Below, one piece after another: positions 13,223 through 27,579 of a DNA stretch of 64,000 nucleotides. The stretch is from positions 62,001 to 126,000 of the forward strand of contig ADNK01002546.1 in the NCBI GenBank assembly GCA_000320545.1, read 5' to 3'. The translations under genes were made by a program, and so were the position numbers. The notes below the pieces were generated by a model that saw only the letters and a list, made by a program, of their open reading frames with translations, searched no databases and was not told the DNA's origin. Every line of letters begins with the position of its first letter. The first letter of the stretch is position 1. Origin of the DNA: Bigelowiella natans CCMP2755. Its lineage: Eukaryota > Protista > Cercozoa.

Positions 13223-16200
13223 CTACATGCCAATAGCCTCATACAAACGAGAAATATTGATACTAGAAAGTTTGCGTCGCTACACGTCGTGTGCATGTGT
13301 GATAAATAAATGCGCATGAATGCTGCTGCAAACATTTTTGCCACTAACATCTCTCCCCTGGATGACCTTGACAAACCAGACGATGACTACTTCCAACACA
13401 TTTGACGTGCGAGAGTCCGTCGATCAGGTCGGTTGCGATTAGAAACAGCACGCATAATCTGTTTTCATCACCCCTTGCGCATTCTTGGATATGGCACACA
13501 ATATGTATAAAACGTCATTTCCGGGACAGTGCTTCTTGAGTGCATCGCCTTATAACAAATAGCATTCTTATGTTATCGTTATGAACCCCTCCCGCCCCCC
13601 CCCCCCCTCCCCCTTCTCGTTCTCTCAATAGGTCATCCAAGTGGCCGACGCCGGGGCGGATATCGTCCGTCTCACGGTCCAAGGTGCTGTATAGCGAGTG
13701 TGATATGCATGTGCAATCGGCATGAGTGTGACCATGAGCGAGGCGGACAACCTAGAGCCTTATACTGCAGAGAACAACATAATAGCAGCGCATTAGCCTA
13801 TAGACACCTCGAAAGCGGACGCATCTGGGGAGGCGCGTCATTTCTTACGCCTCTGCAAGATCGTTCCCAATTAATCTGCTGAAACATGGGGCGGGGGGAG
13901 GGGGGGGGGGTTCAGGGAAGGGAGAAGAGATGAAAATTTTGAAAAATCTAGAAGTCAACGAGAAGAATAACCAACCAACAGGGAAAAAGGAGGCTAATGC
14001 TTGCATGAAGATAAAGGACGAGCTTCTTCAGAGAGGATACGACATTCCTCTGGTAGCGATATGATGATAATTAACTGATAGTAGTAGCAGCACCATCATC
14101 ATCATCATTATCGTCATCAGCATCATCATCATTATCATAATCTTCAAGCATCTTGCTAATATGCATAAAAGCTGCCGTTAGCATCACCAGTATGCATGCA
14201 TGGGGGTACTTGCGACGATGATGGCTGCGTGCATCTACGAACACTAATATCCACGCAAAGAAGGAGAGAGAGAAGAGGATGGGGGTAGGGAGAGAGATAG
14301 AGAATCAGATATTCAAATCCCACTCCCACGTTTATGATATAAGCCGATTCTTTTTGCTGCAGGTTGCGGATATCCACTTCGCGCCAGCCGTGGCAATGCA
14401 GGTCATCATAGCACACATATTGCCTCTTTCTCGTTGTCTCTCCTAGCTTTCTCGCTCTCTCGCTCGCTCTCTCTCTCTCTCTCTCCCTCTCTTTCTCTCT
14501 TTCGCGCTCTCTTTCTCTGCTCCTCCTTCACCAAGGCGCACGCATACACGCTCTTCCAACCCCCCTCCTGCCGCCTCCACTTCCCACGCTCTCACTCTCC
14601 ATTGCAGGTCGCTGATGCCTTCGACAAGATCAGAATTAACCCCGGAAACTTCTACGACGGTACGCGGGAGAAGAATGCGCATGCAAGCAATGCCATCGAT
14701 CTCGATGGGAATATGCATCTCCAGAGAAAAACAGCTGAAGCCACGCACGTTTACAAATGCGGAGTCGTATACGCACGCTTCCACACACGTTTGTTTCCTT
14801 CTTTTTTTTCAAAAGAAAATCAATATTTCGTCTCATATCCGTAACGCTGGCCTCGCTCTCTGTGCGCAGGTCGCAAAACCTTTGCGGAGGACCTCATGTA
14901 CGACGAGAACTCATACGCTGCAGAGCTTGAGAAAATCGAGGAGACCTTCACCCCCCTTGTGGAGAAGTGCAAACGGTAGGATGGGCCGGCGGCATTGATG
15001 ATATGTCTAGTGCGAGCTGGTTTCGAATTTGCCAGCTCCAACATTATTATAAGTATATAATATATTTATATTTATATTTATATTTATATATATGAATATT
15101 TATTTACATTAACCATATCGGATAATCGACGAATATAGGCTGAACCGTGCTATGAGGATTGGAACGAATCACGGCTCGCTCTCTGCCCGCACACTGTGCT
15201 TTTACGGGGACACGCCTCGAGGTGGGTGGGGATGTGTATCTCTGTGTGTATGTTTGTGTGTGTGTGTGTGTGTTTGTGCTGAGTTTCGTCATTGCTTGAG
15301 AGTCTGCTGCGTGGCACTCTCGATCGAAGCCGACTTCACGCGCCACGCATAGTTAGATGTTGTTTAGAATATATCAATGTGTATATACTGCTGTTATTCG
15401 TAACGAAACGCATCCATTGCTCTAGTGCCACGATCGTTTCGTACGTGCGTCTTTTGAAGCTAGATGTGTGATGCGTTTATCATGGGAGATCTAGCCAGTT
15501 TTTTCCCAGCGAGGACGGGGGGTGAGGGGGGGGGGAGGGTGTTAAAACTTATATTTCATCGTTCACGTCTCCCGATTCATTTTGCTACTGGAACTATTCC
15601 CCAATAGGAATGGTGGAGAGTGCCATGGAGTTTGCAGACATCTGTCGCAAGAACGACTTCCACAACTTCGTCTTCTCGATGAAGGCGTCCAACCCCCTGG
15701 TCATGGTACAGGTACAATGAGCAGCATCTTTGAGGAGGGGGGGAAGGAGGGGTTAGAATATGTATTCGGCATTTCAATGATTGTCTTTGTATTGAACGTC
15801 AATCGTGTTTTTGCATTATTAATCGTTGCAATTTATCCCTCCCCCCCCGCCCCTCTCCTCTCGTGCAGGCCTACCGTCTACTCGCTGCGGAGATGTACGA
15901 GAAGGGGTGGGATTACCCTCTCCACCTCGGTGTCACCGAAGCAGGTATTGCTGGGTGGAGAGGGGGGGCGCGACTATGTCCGGCGCTTGTTGTGATTGTT
16001 GTGCGAGCATTCGTGCACAGGCTTGCGTGTGTGTGCGTGTGTGTGTGCGGCTGTGTTATTTCTGGCATAGAAACAGGAGCTGTTTCGTTTGCGAGAAGCG
16101 CCTTAAATTTTCCACTTTGCACTGATATGATGATGTTTGTGATTGCGAGAACAATTGCGTTATGCTTCTCTCGATCTGCTGCTTTTGCGGCGGTGGTATA

Positions 16201-16250
16201 CGAGACTGGGACAGCGGGGGGAGAGAAGGAGGAAGAAGGAGACTTGCTGC

Positions 16251-16289
<39 letters not shown>

Positions 16290-16501
16290 GATTCTCGAAA
16301 TATTATTGCCAGGTGAGGGAGAGGACGGGCGCATGAAGTCGGCGATTGGAATTGGTAATAAAAGCGACATTTGAATTATTCGTGACTCCTTTTATCTTTG
16401 TAGTATAGTGCGGATTGCCTCAGAAAGACTTTTCACCCGCTATTCTCCTCTTTCTGTCTTTGTGTGTGTATGTGTGTGTGTGTGTGTGTGCGCGCGCGCG
16501 C

Positions 16502-16532
<31 letters not shown>

Positions 16533-17561
16533 GGGAGGCCGAGAACAAGAGAGATTTCCACTCGTGCATGTTTCAAAGTCTGCTAATACACGAGTCATCT
16601 TTGCTCGCAGCTCGCATATTAGAATACATCTCTCGATGCAATCATACCACAGTGGTTGCTGCTGCTGGCTGCTGCTGCTCCTTCACGTATTCCTCTCCAT
16701 TTAAATGAAAATCAGGCGCTCTGCTTGCGGACGGACTTGGCGATACGATTCGTGTGTCACTCACCGAAGTAACAAAAACAAGGCCCACTTGTCCCCCCCC
16801 CCCCGCCCCTCCCCCCATTACCTTTCCCCCCCCCCCTTTCTGCGCCTACTAGATAGATGATACTATATAGAGGATACGCGCCGCGCACACGTCCGCAAAC
16901 GCGCATCGTTGCGGGGCATCCGTACACCCCATTATGCCAGAGAACGAGCGTGGATTTATAAACAACTGTTTGGCAGGATCCCCACCTCGAAATTGCGCCG
17001 TGTAAAACCCTTCGTTCCATCGCTGAGAAGCGCTATACACGGTCGGTCCGCAGCCATTGACATTTTAGTTTTGTTTTGGCTATAGCTCTACTCGTGTTTG
17101 GTAGATACGGTGGGGGCGCTCTACACACACGCATGTAAAGAAACAGCACACAAACACACGCACACACATACAAACACACACTCACACCATTAACACACAT
17201 GAACATAATACCGACGCTGTCATCTTCGCCTTAGCGTATTCGACTTTTGATATAACCGCCGTCCTCCTCACGCTTGAATCACTATCATCATCGCCTTCAT
17301 CACCATCATCATTTGTCTCATATAACGAAACAGGGGCGAGGACACCATAACTCCAAAATGGAAGGAGGAATTTAGAAATTGGCAGAGTTACGCAAGGCGA
17401 GAATCTGATCTTCCAGAGCAGAAAGAAGGCGATAAGGTCCTCGCCGCATAACGACATGTGCGCATGCATATTAACGTCTACACACGCACACACGCACAAA
17501 CACGCATACTCTATGGTATATATTCATCAGAAGAAATATGAAATATGATCTTTCGAGCATC

Positions 17562-17599
<38 letters not shown>

Positions 17600-19246
17600 T
17601 ACTTACACACACAAGCACCCACTTGTATCTATATGAGCACACGCCGCAGGTCCAAACCCCAATACAGATTTACTTACACATCCATTGATAAAACCACCAC
17701 CACAATTCAACCATCTGATAGCTACTGTTCCAGGTTGATTTCCGCGGCGTCTTGCACCGCGACGGCTCAGTATTCAGTGTGGTAATACTAACAATAAGAC
17801 TTTGCAGTGACTTGGCAGTAACGCACATGTAAAGTGGCGTGATGAGAATGCGAGAGAAGTTTCCTCCCCTCAGCATGAAGAGAAAACCGAGATGCACACT
17901 ACTACTCGCGAATATAGATCACTTTTCCTTCGGCCCTCGCATTGTCTGATGACGTTATATTCCTCTCGTTATCGAAACGTGATAGATCTCCCCGGAAATG
18001 CTTCGAGACGAGCCGGGTCTCTACGATGCCCTCGGTTGCAAGCTTGTCCTTGGCCTTCCTTTCAAGGTCAGATAGATGTCACACACTGAAAGAAATTCAG
18101 CCAAATCCCAACGAAATGGCGAGCATGCGTGTGCGTGCGTGCGTGCGTGTGTGCGCGTATGCCTATCTTTCGCGTGGCCAGCACGGAGAGCGTTCAAAAA
18201 GTGTGTTTTTGTTGTGCTCTGCAGGACATTGCAACGTCAGACTCGATTCTCCTCACCTCCGTCCCTGCGAAGGACGACTCTGCCGCTTGGCAAACGCTCA
18301 AGCGCCTTCAGGAGGTGGAGATATGTTTTTTTTCCTTATTCGTTTCTGTTCTCCGCGTGCGTAGATGCGCGCGCGTGCGTGTGCGCGCCGTTTCGCGCAT
18401 GTGCAAGCGGTTTTCAATTGCCTTTTGTCTTTTGTTTAGCGTTACGATTAAAAATACCCTAGCTGTATGCTGATCGAATCTTTAATCGCAAAGCATTTTT
18501 TTTTGAATTTGGTAAATTGGGTCAAAATGATTGCACACGTGCAGGGGAACATGGGCGTTCTCGTCAAGGAGGCCGATTTGCGCCAGAACGAGGTGCCTAA
18601 CAGCGTGCAGGTCTCGGCGCTGAAAGACCTCCAAGCAGGTAACCGATAGTAGCTTTTCTCGACTGTTTAGTGGCGTGGGGGCATCATCCCCCGCCCATTC
18701 ATTGGCCTGTTCAAATCGATACGCATTTCGATGCAATGGCGAGGGAAACGAGGTTGGGGGTAGCGCGCTTCCGTGGTGGCACCTGGTACTTATTACGTTT
18801 CTGTTGTTTGCATCGTCGGTGTTATGTAAAGGGGACAACGCTTTATTTGGCGGGGCCGAGCGTCTTGCTGTGGAGATCACTGGTGATGAATCAGAGGTCG
18901 GTTGCGTGGAGCGTTTTGCGCGTGCACGGACGGCGCATATACAGCGAGGCGGTGTTGCAGTAGCGCGTGTTTCTTCGGTGTCTTCGTGTGGAAATGGTTC
19001 CGAATTTTAACTGTTTTATTATCGTCGAGGCTCAGAGAGATAAGTTACAAAAGTACCCAGAGGGGGGGGGATATGCTCATCGATTGCATTTGCCTTGATG
19101 TTTTCGAATGCCAATGGCTTGTCAGGAGGACCTTGCAAAGCTCGCGTCGATCTCTCCCCCCCCCGTCGTCGCCATCTTGAACCCCAGCCCTGATGCAAGC
19201 AGGGTGCACGCCTCGAGAAGGGTAGTGCATGTGTTTGTGTGCGTAT

Positions 19247-19284
<38 letters not shown>

Positions 19285-19629
19285 CGCTGTGCTTTTCCGC
19301 CGAGTCATGGTAGTTGTGCGGTATGAGAATGCGAGTGTGTGTTTCCCCTCTCCCTTTGCAGGTATTTGATAATATTCAGAAGATCGGTTCCAAGATCCCA
19401 GTTGTCCATTACTTTGCGACAAACGGACTTGAGACGAAAGAGAAGATGGTAACGGGGGGCTTTAGAGTTAGGGGGGGGGGGGGGGGGGCGAGGGAAGAAG
19501 AGATTGTAGAGAGAAGTATGCCGAGTCGTTCGTTGCTGATGAAGAGGATAGTGATGATGATGATGCAGATGATGATGATGATGATGAGAACGACGATAAC
19601 AGTTTAGAACAGGGAAAAGGAGGTTAACC

Positions 19630-19664
<35 letters not shown>

Positions 19665-20204
19665 ATATGTATATACCTGCACGTGTTGTGTTGCAATGAT
19701 GCATTTTCAGGTTCTTGAGCTGGGTTCGGATGCAGGCGCCTTACTTGTCGATGGGTCAGTTAAGAGAATTCTCCTTGCGTTTGAGCAGCAGAGGAGGAGG
19801 AGCAAGAAAAAAAGGGGGGGGGGGGGGGGCTCTAGTAGCTTTAGAATGTGAGCGTGTTTGTCTTTGCCATTGTCCTAACCGTTAAAGGCGTTTTTTTTGG
19901 GATAACATGTGCTGACTTGACTTCGGTTCTCTCTTCCTTTTTCTCTTCCTCTCTCTATCTCTTTCTCTCTCTCTCCCTCTGTTTCTATTTGCGCATATCG
20001 TTCGCAGGTATGGCGACGGTGCAATCGTAGGTCCAAACTGGCACCTTGAGGAAAAGCCTTTGATCAATGCCCCTGAGGGCGAGCAGAAGTTTGATCTTAG
20101 CTACTTGAAAAGTACGGCCTTCGGTTTGCTTCAAGGCTCGAGGATGAGGTTGGCTATGTGTTGTGTGTGTATAAATGTGTATGTGAGTGTGTGTGTTTGT
20201 GTTT

Positions 20205-20236
<32 letters not shown>

Positions 20237-20403
20237 GAGACAGAGAGAGAGAGAGGAGGTTAGAGGGGTAGGGAACAGTTTTGAATTTTACTGGTAAAAT
20301 ATTCATGTTTGCGATGACTTTTTGAGGTTGAAACGACCGGTGTGTAAGTATTTATCAGTCCTTGCATTCCGACGTATGTGCGTGTTTGCGTATTTATAAT
20401 CAT

Positions 20404-20442
<39 letters not shown>

Positions 20443-20959
20443 GCATGCCTCTTTCATGTTCTTAATTGCATATGCATTGGCTGGAGCACATATATGCTAT
20501 GTACCTGTCAGGAGCACCAAGACCGAGTTTGTCTCATGCCCATCTTGCGGCCGCACCCTCTTCGATCTGCAGGAGACCACGCAGGTAGTTCTTGCTTCGT
20601 TGAGATGGAGGGGGGGGGAGGAAGTTGGCGATGAACGAGCGAAGGAGCGATCAAACGAGGAGAAGGAGGAAATGGGAGTGAAGTTAAAGATAAAACGCTC
20701 AGTTTAGTCTGAATAATAATATACATATTATTATACATATCTATATTTATATATGTTATATTATATATATTTGTTGGTATGTGTATTGTACAATTCCAGC
20801 AATGTGAAACAGCACGATCATGTGTGTGATTAGGCCATCGCTGAGCGCACTGGCCACCTTCCCGGAGTTGCCATTGCTGTTATGGGTGAGGAGGATCTCC
20901 ATGCCTGATTGCTAACACAGACCATTCGTTACAAAGTGTTGATCATCACGGCTTTTCAC

Positions 20960-21015
<56 letters not shown>

Positions 21016-21237
21016 TATATTTATATTCATTTGAATATCAGGTTGCATCGTAAACGGTCCCGGGGAAATGGCCGATGCCGACTTCGGTATGTGTGAGCAG
21101 TAGTAGCATTCGTTGGGGGGCTGGGGGGGGGGGAGCAAGCCATGCTGCAGGAAAAAAAGCATATCGCAAAACACGATGTGGAGGATTTATGCGGAATCAA
21201 TAATGCATCTTTGCTATAAAAAAATTTATTGCAATAA

Positions 21238-21277
<40 letters not shown>

Positions 21278-21431
21278 TGATATATATCTGTATCTCAACA
21301 TGTACGCCTACATTTGCGCGTGTGTGATTGAATGGTTGTTTGTTTGTTATAACCGTTAGGATATGTTGGAGGGGCACCAGGAAAAGTGGACTTATACCTT
21401 GGCAAGGTGATGGCGTGTTATGTACAGCATG

Positions 21432-21493
<62 letters not shown>

Positions 21494-22019
21494 ATGTACT
21501 ATATATTTCATATTAACACATTACTTTTGAATATTGCGTGGCGATTCGAAGAGTGTATGTGTTACATCGGGGCTAGCTGTTTGCTATGTGACTGGTATGG
21601 TATGCATCGGCGATAATATGTTGTTTTGTGGCCTCTTCTAAACGCAGGAAATGGTGAAGAAAGGAATCCCTAATGCTGAGGCATGTGATGCTCTCATTGA
21701 GCTAATTAAGGTGTGTGGATATCGCCTTAGTTTTGTGTGTGCGGGGCTCTGAGTCGGTTGCGTCGGCGCGGAGTATTAATTTAGATGTTATGGTTTATTA
21801 CGCATGTGTGTATGTGTGTATCTGCGTGTGTGTGTGTGTGTGCGCGCGCGCGCGCGCAATGCTTATACGTGTTTATGTTCTTGTATGCATATGTGAGTTG
21901 AAAACTCTGTTTCTAAGCCGACAACTAAGTTATTTCTTCTGAGTGAATGCCATTCGTTTGCTAGGAGCATGGGCGTTGGGTTGAGCCTGAGCCTAAGGTG
22001 TGCAACTACACGTACATAT

Positions 22020-22072
<53 letters not shown>

Positions 22073-22073
22073 C

Positions 22074-22113
<40 letters not shown>

Positions 22114-22269
22114 GACACTTCCATGCTAGCATTGCAAAACAAAACACAGGTATGCCACAAGAAGATATGAAGCTTCGAGACGGTTTTCTTACTTTTCCTT
22201 CTATCCCGTGCATCTGCCCAGGAGGACTTGAGTGCAAGCAAGGAGGCTGTTGGAGCGGCTTCTGCATGA
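11530..22269 (+). CDS. ispG: 4-hydroxy-3-methylbut-2-en-1-yl diphosphate synthase (IspG/HDS/GcpE), plant/green-algal long form, plastid-targeted, ~30 exons
   Basis: Spliced exons give [12 protein letters not shown]|[21 protein letters not shown]|[10 protein letters not shown]..|[11 protein letters not shown]|..VADIHF..|[10 protein letters not shown] (14608-14659)|[12 protein letters not shown]|FSMKASNP|[11 protein letters not shown]|[14 protein letters not shown]|[15 protein letters not shown], then the insertion domain ([19 protein letters not shown]|[10 protein letters not shown]). The 4Fe-4S motifs follow: [15 protein letters not shown] (20512-20584), IAVMG|[15 protein letters not shown]|[12 protein letters not shown]. 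Stop TGA at 22267-22269. Exon 1 ([29 protein letters not shown]) is signal-peptide-like. Confidence 0.96.
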
Positions 22270-22479
22270 AACGGACAATTGAAGAGCAGCACGACAATTC
22301 TAGGAGGAAGAGAAAATGTCTCTACTAGACCATGATTTGTCGGCGTTTATTCGTAGGCTTACGGCTATCTAGCTATATTCAACCATGATGATGACATATA
22401 GCACATCTTTACTTTGCTTTAATAAACAAAAGCGATATTCTCGGTGAGAACATGGGTGTACCCATTGTACAATGCTACT

Positions 22480-24138
22480 CTCGGCGTCTTGTGTTTGGTT
22501 TGGCGCCAGGCAACCAAGCAACGCAAAGATGATTCGCTGTCAGAAAGTGTCATTCATTCGTGTGCGGACGATCTAGCGATGTCTTGGTGTGCCGTTCATT
22601 TGTGTGTTGTTTGATGTCGGGGCGCACGTCACTTCGGCGCATGCATTGCGACATGGAATCACGTTTTTTGTTAGTGTCACACAAGGAGCACCCGCCTTCA
22701 TGAGTCTCCAAAGCGATATGTCTAGCTGTACGTTGAATGGCGCCACCACAAAGCGCAATATAATAGCAATGCAGCGGGCTTGAAGTTTAAGGGAGACGAC
22801 CCGTCTGTCCTAGTGCCGAAACATTTATAAAATAACAAGAAATGAGAGCAGTAAACATGTGCTTGCTTGCCAATATCCCCAGAGTTCCACGTGTGTGCTT
22901 TGGTAACTTTTCATTTTGTTGCGGCAGCGTGCATTTTGCTCCGTGCGCTCTTCGCTGATGGCCATCACCGCTTTCTGGACCCCGTCTCATCCTAGCATCC
23001 TTCGCAGATCGACCAAATCGACGCACACTTTTTGGTCTAGCAGCGCAGCGAGTTCTTGTTCAATTTCGGATCCTTTTGCAGATTCCGAACTGTGATGATC
23101 AGCGCTTCAGGGAGGTGTCAAACGTTTTCCTCAAAAAGTGCCCAAATTTGAAAACAAATTTGGGCACTTTCTAGTGAAGAAATACACTAGTACATTCAAC
23201 AATGCTAGATTGTGCGTGACAGTTGTCGTGTTATGTCTGATGAAGATGGTTGGCACCCGCCTTGAAGCTCAGATCAAGATGCTTCTGAATCTGCAAAAAA
23301 AAAACGAAATTGGACACAAATTCGCTACGCCAGACCAAAAAGTGCGCGCGCAATTTGTCACAATCAAGACATTGTGCATGCCAGTGCACATCAATGTTAG
23401 CTGTGAGCGTGCGTACTTGCATGTGCATGGCATTGATGATGGTTTGTGCTAAGTGTGGATGACTATGCATTTTTTGATGCTGTCATGCACATGTCACATT
23501 TGTGCATACTTCTGCGCCATGGTCGATTTCATTTGGCAGCGCGTGCGCACGCGTACACGCCAAGCGTCCGCGCTGCAATGAGCGAACGTGGGTGTAGGGG
23601 AAAGCAGCATGGTGTGCAAATTCATCAAAAAATGATGCAACCCCAACGCGGAGTTCTTGAGTTAGGAAAAACTGTGATTGGGTCATTTTGAAGAGCGCAA
23701 CCACGGCGTTCGATTGCGCCCAACCTCAGCTCCAACCGACATCTGGTTGCCGAGAAAACTCATTTTTTGTGAAAATGCGCGCGTTTGAGCAAGTTGTGAT
23801 TGGACCGATTGAAGCTAGGAATGCAACTAATAACGTTCTCATATTAATGACCAGCTAGCCAGGCGCATACGCGACGAAACAAACAGCTTGGCATCATTGG
23901 AGTCGAAAAGGGCACGTCGTTCGTATATTTATACATTCAATGACATTTTATGAACCATCAGATAGGAGCAAATGATGACCATTGCCTCGCGACACTTCAG
24001 AATTCCAAGATTGGGCAGGACATCCTTGACACCTTTGCAAATCAAGAATCGAGTCACAAACACACAACGTCCTTTCGCTGCAAACTCACACCTGCACAGA
24101 GTGCGCATGGCAACACCCGCGTTTCTGTCTACTTGTGG
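22480..24138. other. TpA-depleted intergenic island 2 (patchy), between convergent ispG and DNMT 3' ends
   Basis: Depleted patches at ~22480-22715, 22910-23825 (about 18 TA in 915 bp, 12 of them CTA/TAG) and 23950-24138, separated by TA-containing patches. Confidence 0.75.
23023..23347. mobile_element. Foldback/MITE-like relic: ~110-bp imperfect inverted repeats flanking a perfect 16-bp hairpin
   Basis: 23023-23133 (gcacactttttggtctag..caatttcg..ttttgcagattc..gcttca..ggtg.caa..ttc.tca) aligns with the reverse complement of 23237-23347. Central hairpin aaagtgcccaaatttg-aaaa-caaatttgggcacttt at 23135-23170. Confidence 0.55.
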
Positions 24139-24379
24139 TTATACATTCAAAAGCTACGCACCTCGTCCTACATGCAAGAAGCGGCACTCGCCGTCCCAAG
24201 GGCATATGCGAGTGTGCTGAAACCAAGTACACTCGACTTTACCATATGTAAACACGACTGCTTGAGCAGGCTTGGGCTCGAATAAACGGCCTGGACAAAA
24301 AAAAGAACGCGTATGCATCTATCAATTAGCCTTCGCCTCAGTGCAAAGCAAAAAGGCGTTTTCCCAACACAACCCAGAT

Positions 24380-24985
24380 CTAACACAAAACCAAGCAAAA
24401 TCCCCCTTCTGCAGAGCGCGCACGAGTGAAGGTCGTTTTCAAGGGCCCCGCCCGTTGCCTCGAAAGGAAAAGAGCAGTGGCTTCATAGCAGGGTTCATTC
24501 AGCCATCGATTTAACCAAAACGAATGTGACTGTTCTGTTCGAATGGAAGCAAATACCTCCCGTTGATGAGGAGAGGCATCTCACAATCGTCCTTTCTAAA
24601 TCGGTGTGTCGTTCTGCTGGAATGCCTCGAAATAAGCTGAGTAAGCTAGCACCTACTCCTGAGAAATCGTACAAGAATCTCCTTACTCAAACATTCGTTG
24701 TGACTTGTAGCAAACCGTTGAAAATAAACTAGGAAGAAATTTGCATATGCATCGTGGGTCGCGGTACAGGACAACAACATCATCAAACGATATTCTCACT
24801 TCAAGGTAGAATTATGACATATAGCATATGACATATGACAAGACCGCATTGAGCGGCATGATCACCCAATAAACCGATGAATGAGCATGACGTTTACTTA
24901 CCAGCATCTAAATTAGGCCGAGGAAAGTTTCTTCTCTCTGCAAATTTTAAACGAGAAGATGGATATGTGAATAAAGAATACGAAT

Positions 24986-25019
<34 letters not shown>

Positions 25020-25554
25020 GCACAGATAGATACACACACTATATCTGCCTCTCCAGCGCACACTTTCAGCAAATAACCATGCCGTCTGACGAACGCGACA
25101 TCGTGAAAATACCGACCTTCATGCTTGGTAAACATCTTTTCGAGACGGGTTTTAAACTGAGCCTCCAGACGTGTCAATGTGGCGGCCTTCGTACGCTGCC
25201 CTGCGCAAGTATACGCTCATAATTAACCCACCTGCCTACACGTATCAAACCACCATTCCACCTAGCAAACCGCAGGGCATCTCTCATACCCTTTTCATGC
25301 CAAAATGCCTCGAGCATTGCCCCTCCAACCAAGGTTATCTGTATTCAGTAGAATGATGGAAACAACTCACATACAAGGAAGTTGTGCGGGTCCGAGGCGC
25401 TTGCGCAAGAGTACCATTGGCGGCGAGACGGCGTTTCCGAACAAAGACGCCATTGGGCAATCGCTGTATGATAATACCATGAGATTCATCTGCATTAACA
25501 TCTAGGCAGCCAAATCATCATCATTATTGATGCAATTTAAAATATGTACAAAAT

Positions 25555-25598
<44 letters not shown>

Positions 25599-27538
25599 TT
25601 AAAGATATATATTGCGATTATATATGCCGATGTTTACCGGTGGTATTCCTTAATGAGCTTAAAATCCTCTGGAAATCCTTGCAACCGAGCGCACTCGCGG
25701 CCTTTCAGAGACGATGTAGAGTAACATGAGTTTTATAGACTTATAGCGTATACAAGCTAAATACAAGCTCACGCATATCATAAATACATCGGGATTTCGA
25801 AACTATTCCTTTCGATTTCATTGAAACGGCATAACGACCCAATTTAGCAGACTCTTAGAACACAGCATACCGATACAATCAGACTACGACCTACAGGTAA
25901 GATAGCAGAGCTAAATGCTATTCTTATACCAGAGAAAAACCGGGGTTTGGGAGCAGCTTTCCCCTCTCCGTCCGATCGCTGCTTCTTGCTCGCAGCGGCA
26001 GCACTACTGGGAGCACAGGACGTTGTAGCAGAATGGCGCTCAGGAGCATTCGTCACCGGAACGAGTAGCTTCAGTCGTTGCTGTGTGTTGCGGAAGTGCC
26101 TCTTCCCCGCAGCCTTGCCCTGCGGCGCGGCAGCATCGAGGCGACTATCAAATCATGAAAACGAAGCTCCGCAAGAGAAATGAGCGCGCGCGACCGAATT
26201 CGGCGAGGGAGAAGCAAATGGCCCCGAGACACAAACCGACAGTGCTACGCCGTTTGAAAAAGAAAGAACGAAAGGAATAGCAGCCCTGGCGCGAGAGGGT
26301 TGCGCCGCTCCTATGCATCACATATAGGCTATAGCCCCAACGACAGGCGATTTGGTAGCTAATTGCGAGGAAAAACTACAAAATGCTCGATTTTGTTGGA
26401 ACGAATTTCCAAGCGAAATTCGCCCCGAAATCGATGGAAACGCGAGGGAAATCATAGCGTCAGCTTACTCCATTTTCCTTCGCAAAAATGGGCGCGTCGC
26501 TCTGTATTTAACATGACTCACCCCATGCCGTCGATAGCTCTTTGTTAAAGTACCTGCCGGTGGCACGAGAAAGTATGAGAAAGAATAACGAGAAATTGTG
26601 CGATTTGTTGGAAAGTCGGCGAGGGGGTAATATGCTCTTTGCACTTGGCAAACGAGATCTCGAGGAGGCGCGTTGGCGGACAAGATCTCTTCAACGCAGC
26701 CTCCTGTCAATGTTTTCAAAAGGAAGTTCTCTGTTCTCTCTGATGATGTTTCTTCGTTATTCGTTTTGTGCACGTCTTCATGCTTCTATGTAATCGTGAT
26801 ATTGACACGTGCCGCTGATAGCATCGAAGGTGTACTTGCGGGTTCTAAGTTCTCCACGAGATAAGCAGACGCGGGTGCTGCCTAGAAACACGCGTGGGGA
26901 AAAAACCTCAAGAACGTGCATGTTGGTAAAATGCCGGCGCACGCATCGTGGGCATTCTAGCCATCTCTCTTCAACTTGAATTACCTCCAATCGGGCCTCC
27001 CATTGCGAATCGTCCAAGATCAAATGTTTTAGCATGCTTTCGGCGCATTTATCATCTTGGAGAATCTGACCGACACCTTCGTGTGCATTTTAAGCGTCTG
27101 TTTGCGTTTTTTAAGGCACTATGCCTACCCCTCTCCTCTCGGTCTCTCGCTCTTGTATCTCTCTCTAATCCGGCGGCCTCGCATATCAGTAAACACAGAG
27201 CCTTGTACATAGCGCCTCTCATATGAATAACACATACACCTATAGAACGTCGCACGTGTTATTCGCGTCTTACCTCTCCTAAGGACGGGTACCCTAGGAA
27301 ACCGAAAACGCTTGCAAGCCTCTTCAAACTTCGCCATAATCTACATATTCCAAGAAACATGCCCATGAGCGCACATACGTGTTACTGGCGTGTGGCGCGG
27401 CAGCAATGCTCTGGTGTTTCAATACTACTTACTCCGACTATATAGAGCCTTTTCCTCTCCTGAGGCAGGATGGTTTTCGAGTCTAAGACCGCGGATGAGA
27501 CGCTGTAGCTGCGGAAAATGGGATATGGAACTTGTGTT

Positions 27539-27579
<41 letters not shown>

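Noticed and set aside
17390-17440. GC donor in ispG at AAG|GCGAGA
   Set aside because: The frame continues [14 protein letters not shown] to a canonical GT and matches plant-type IspG.
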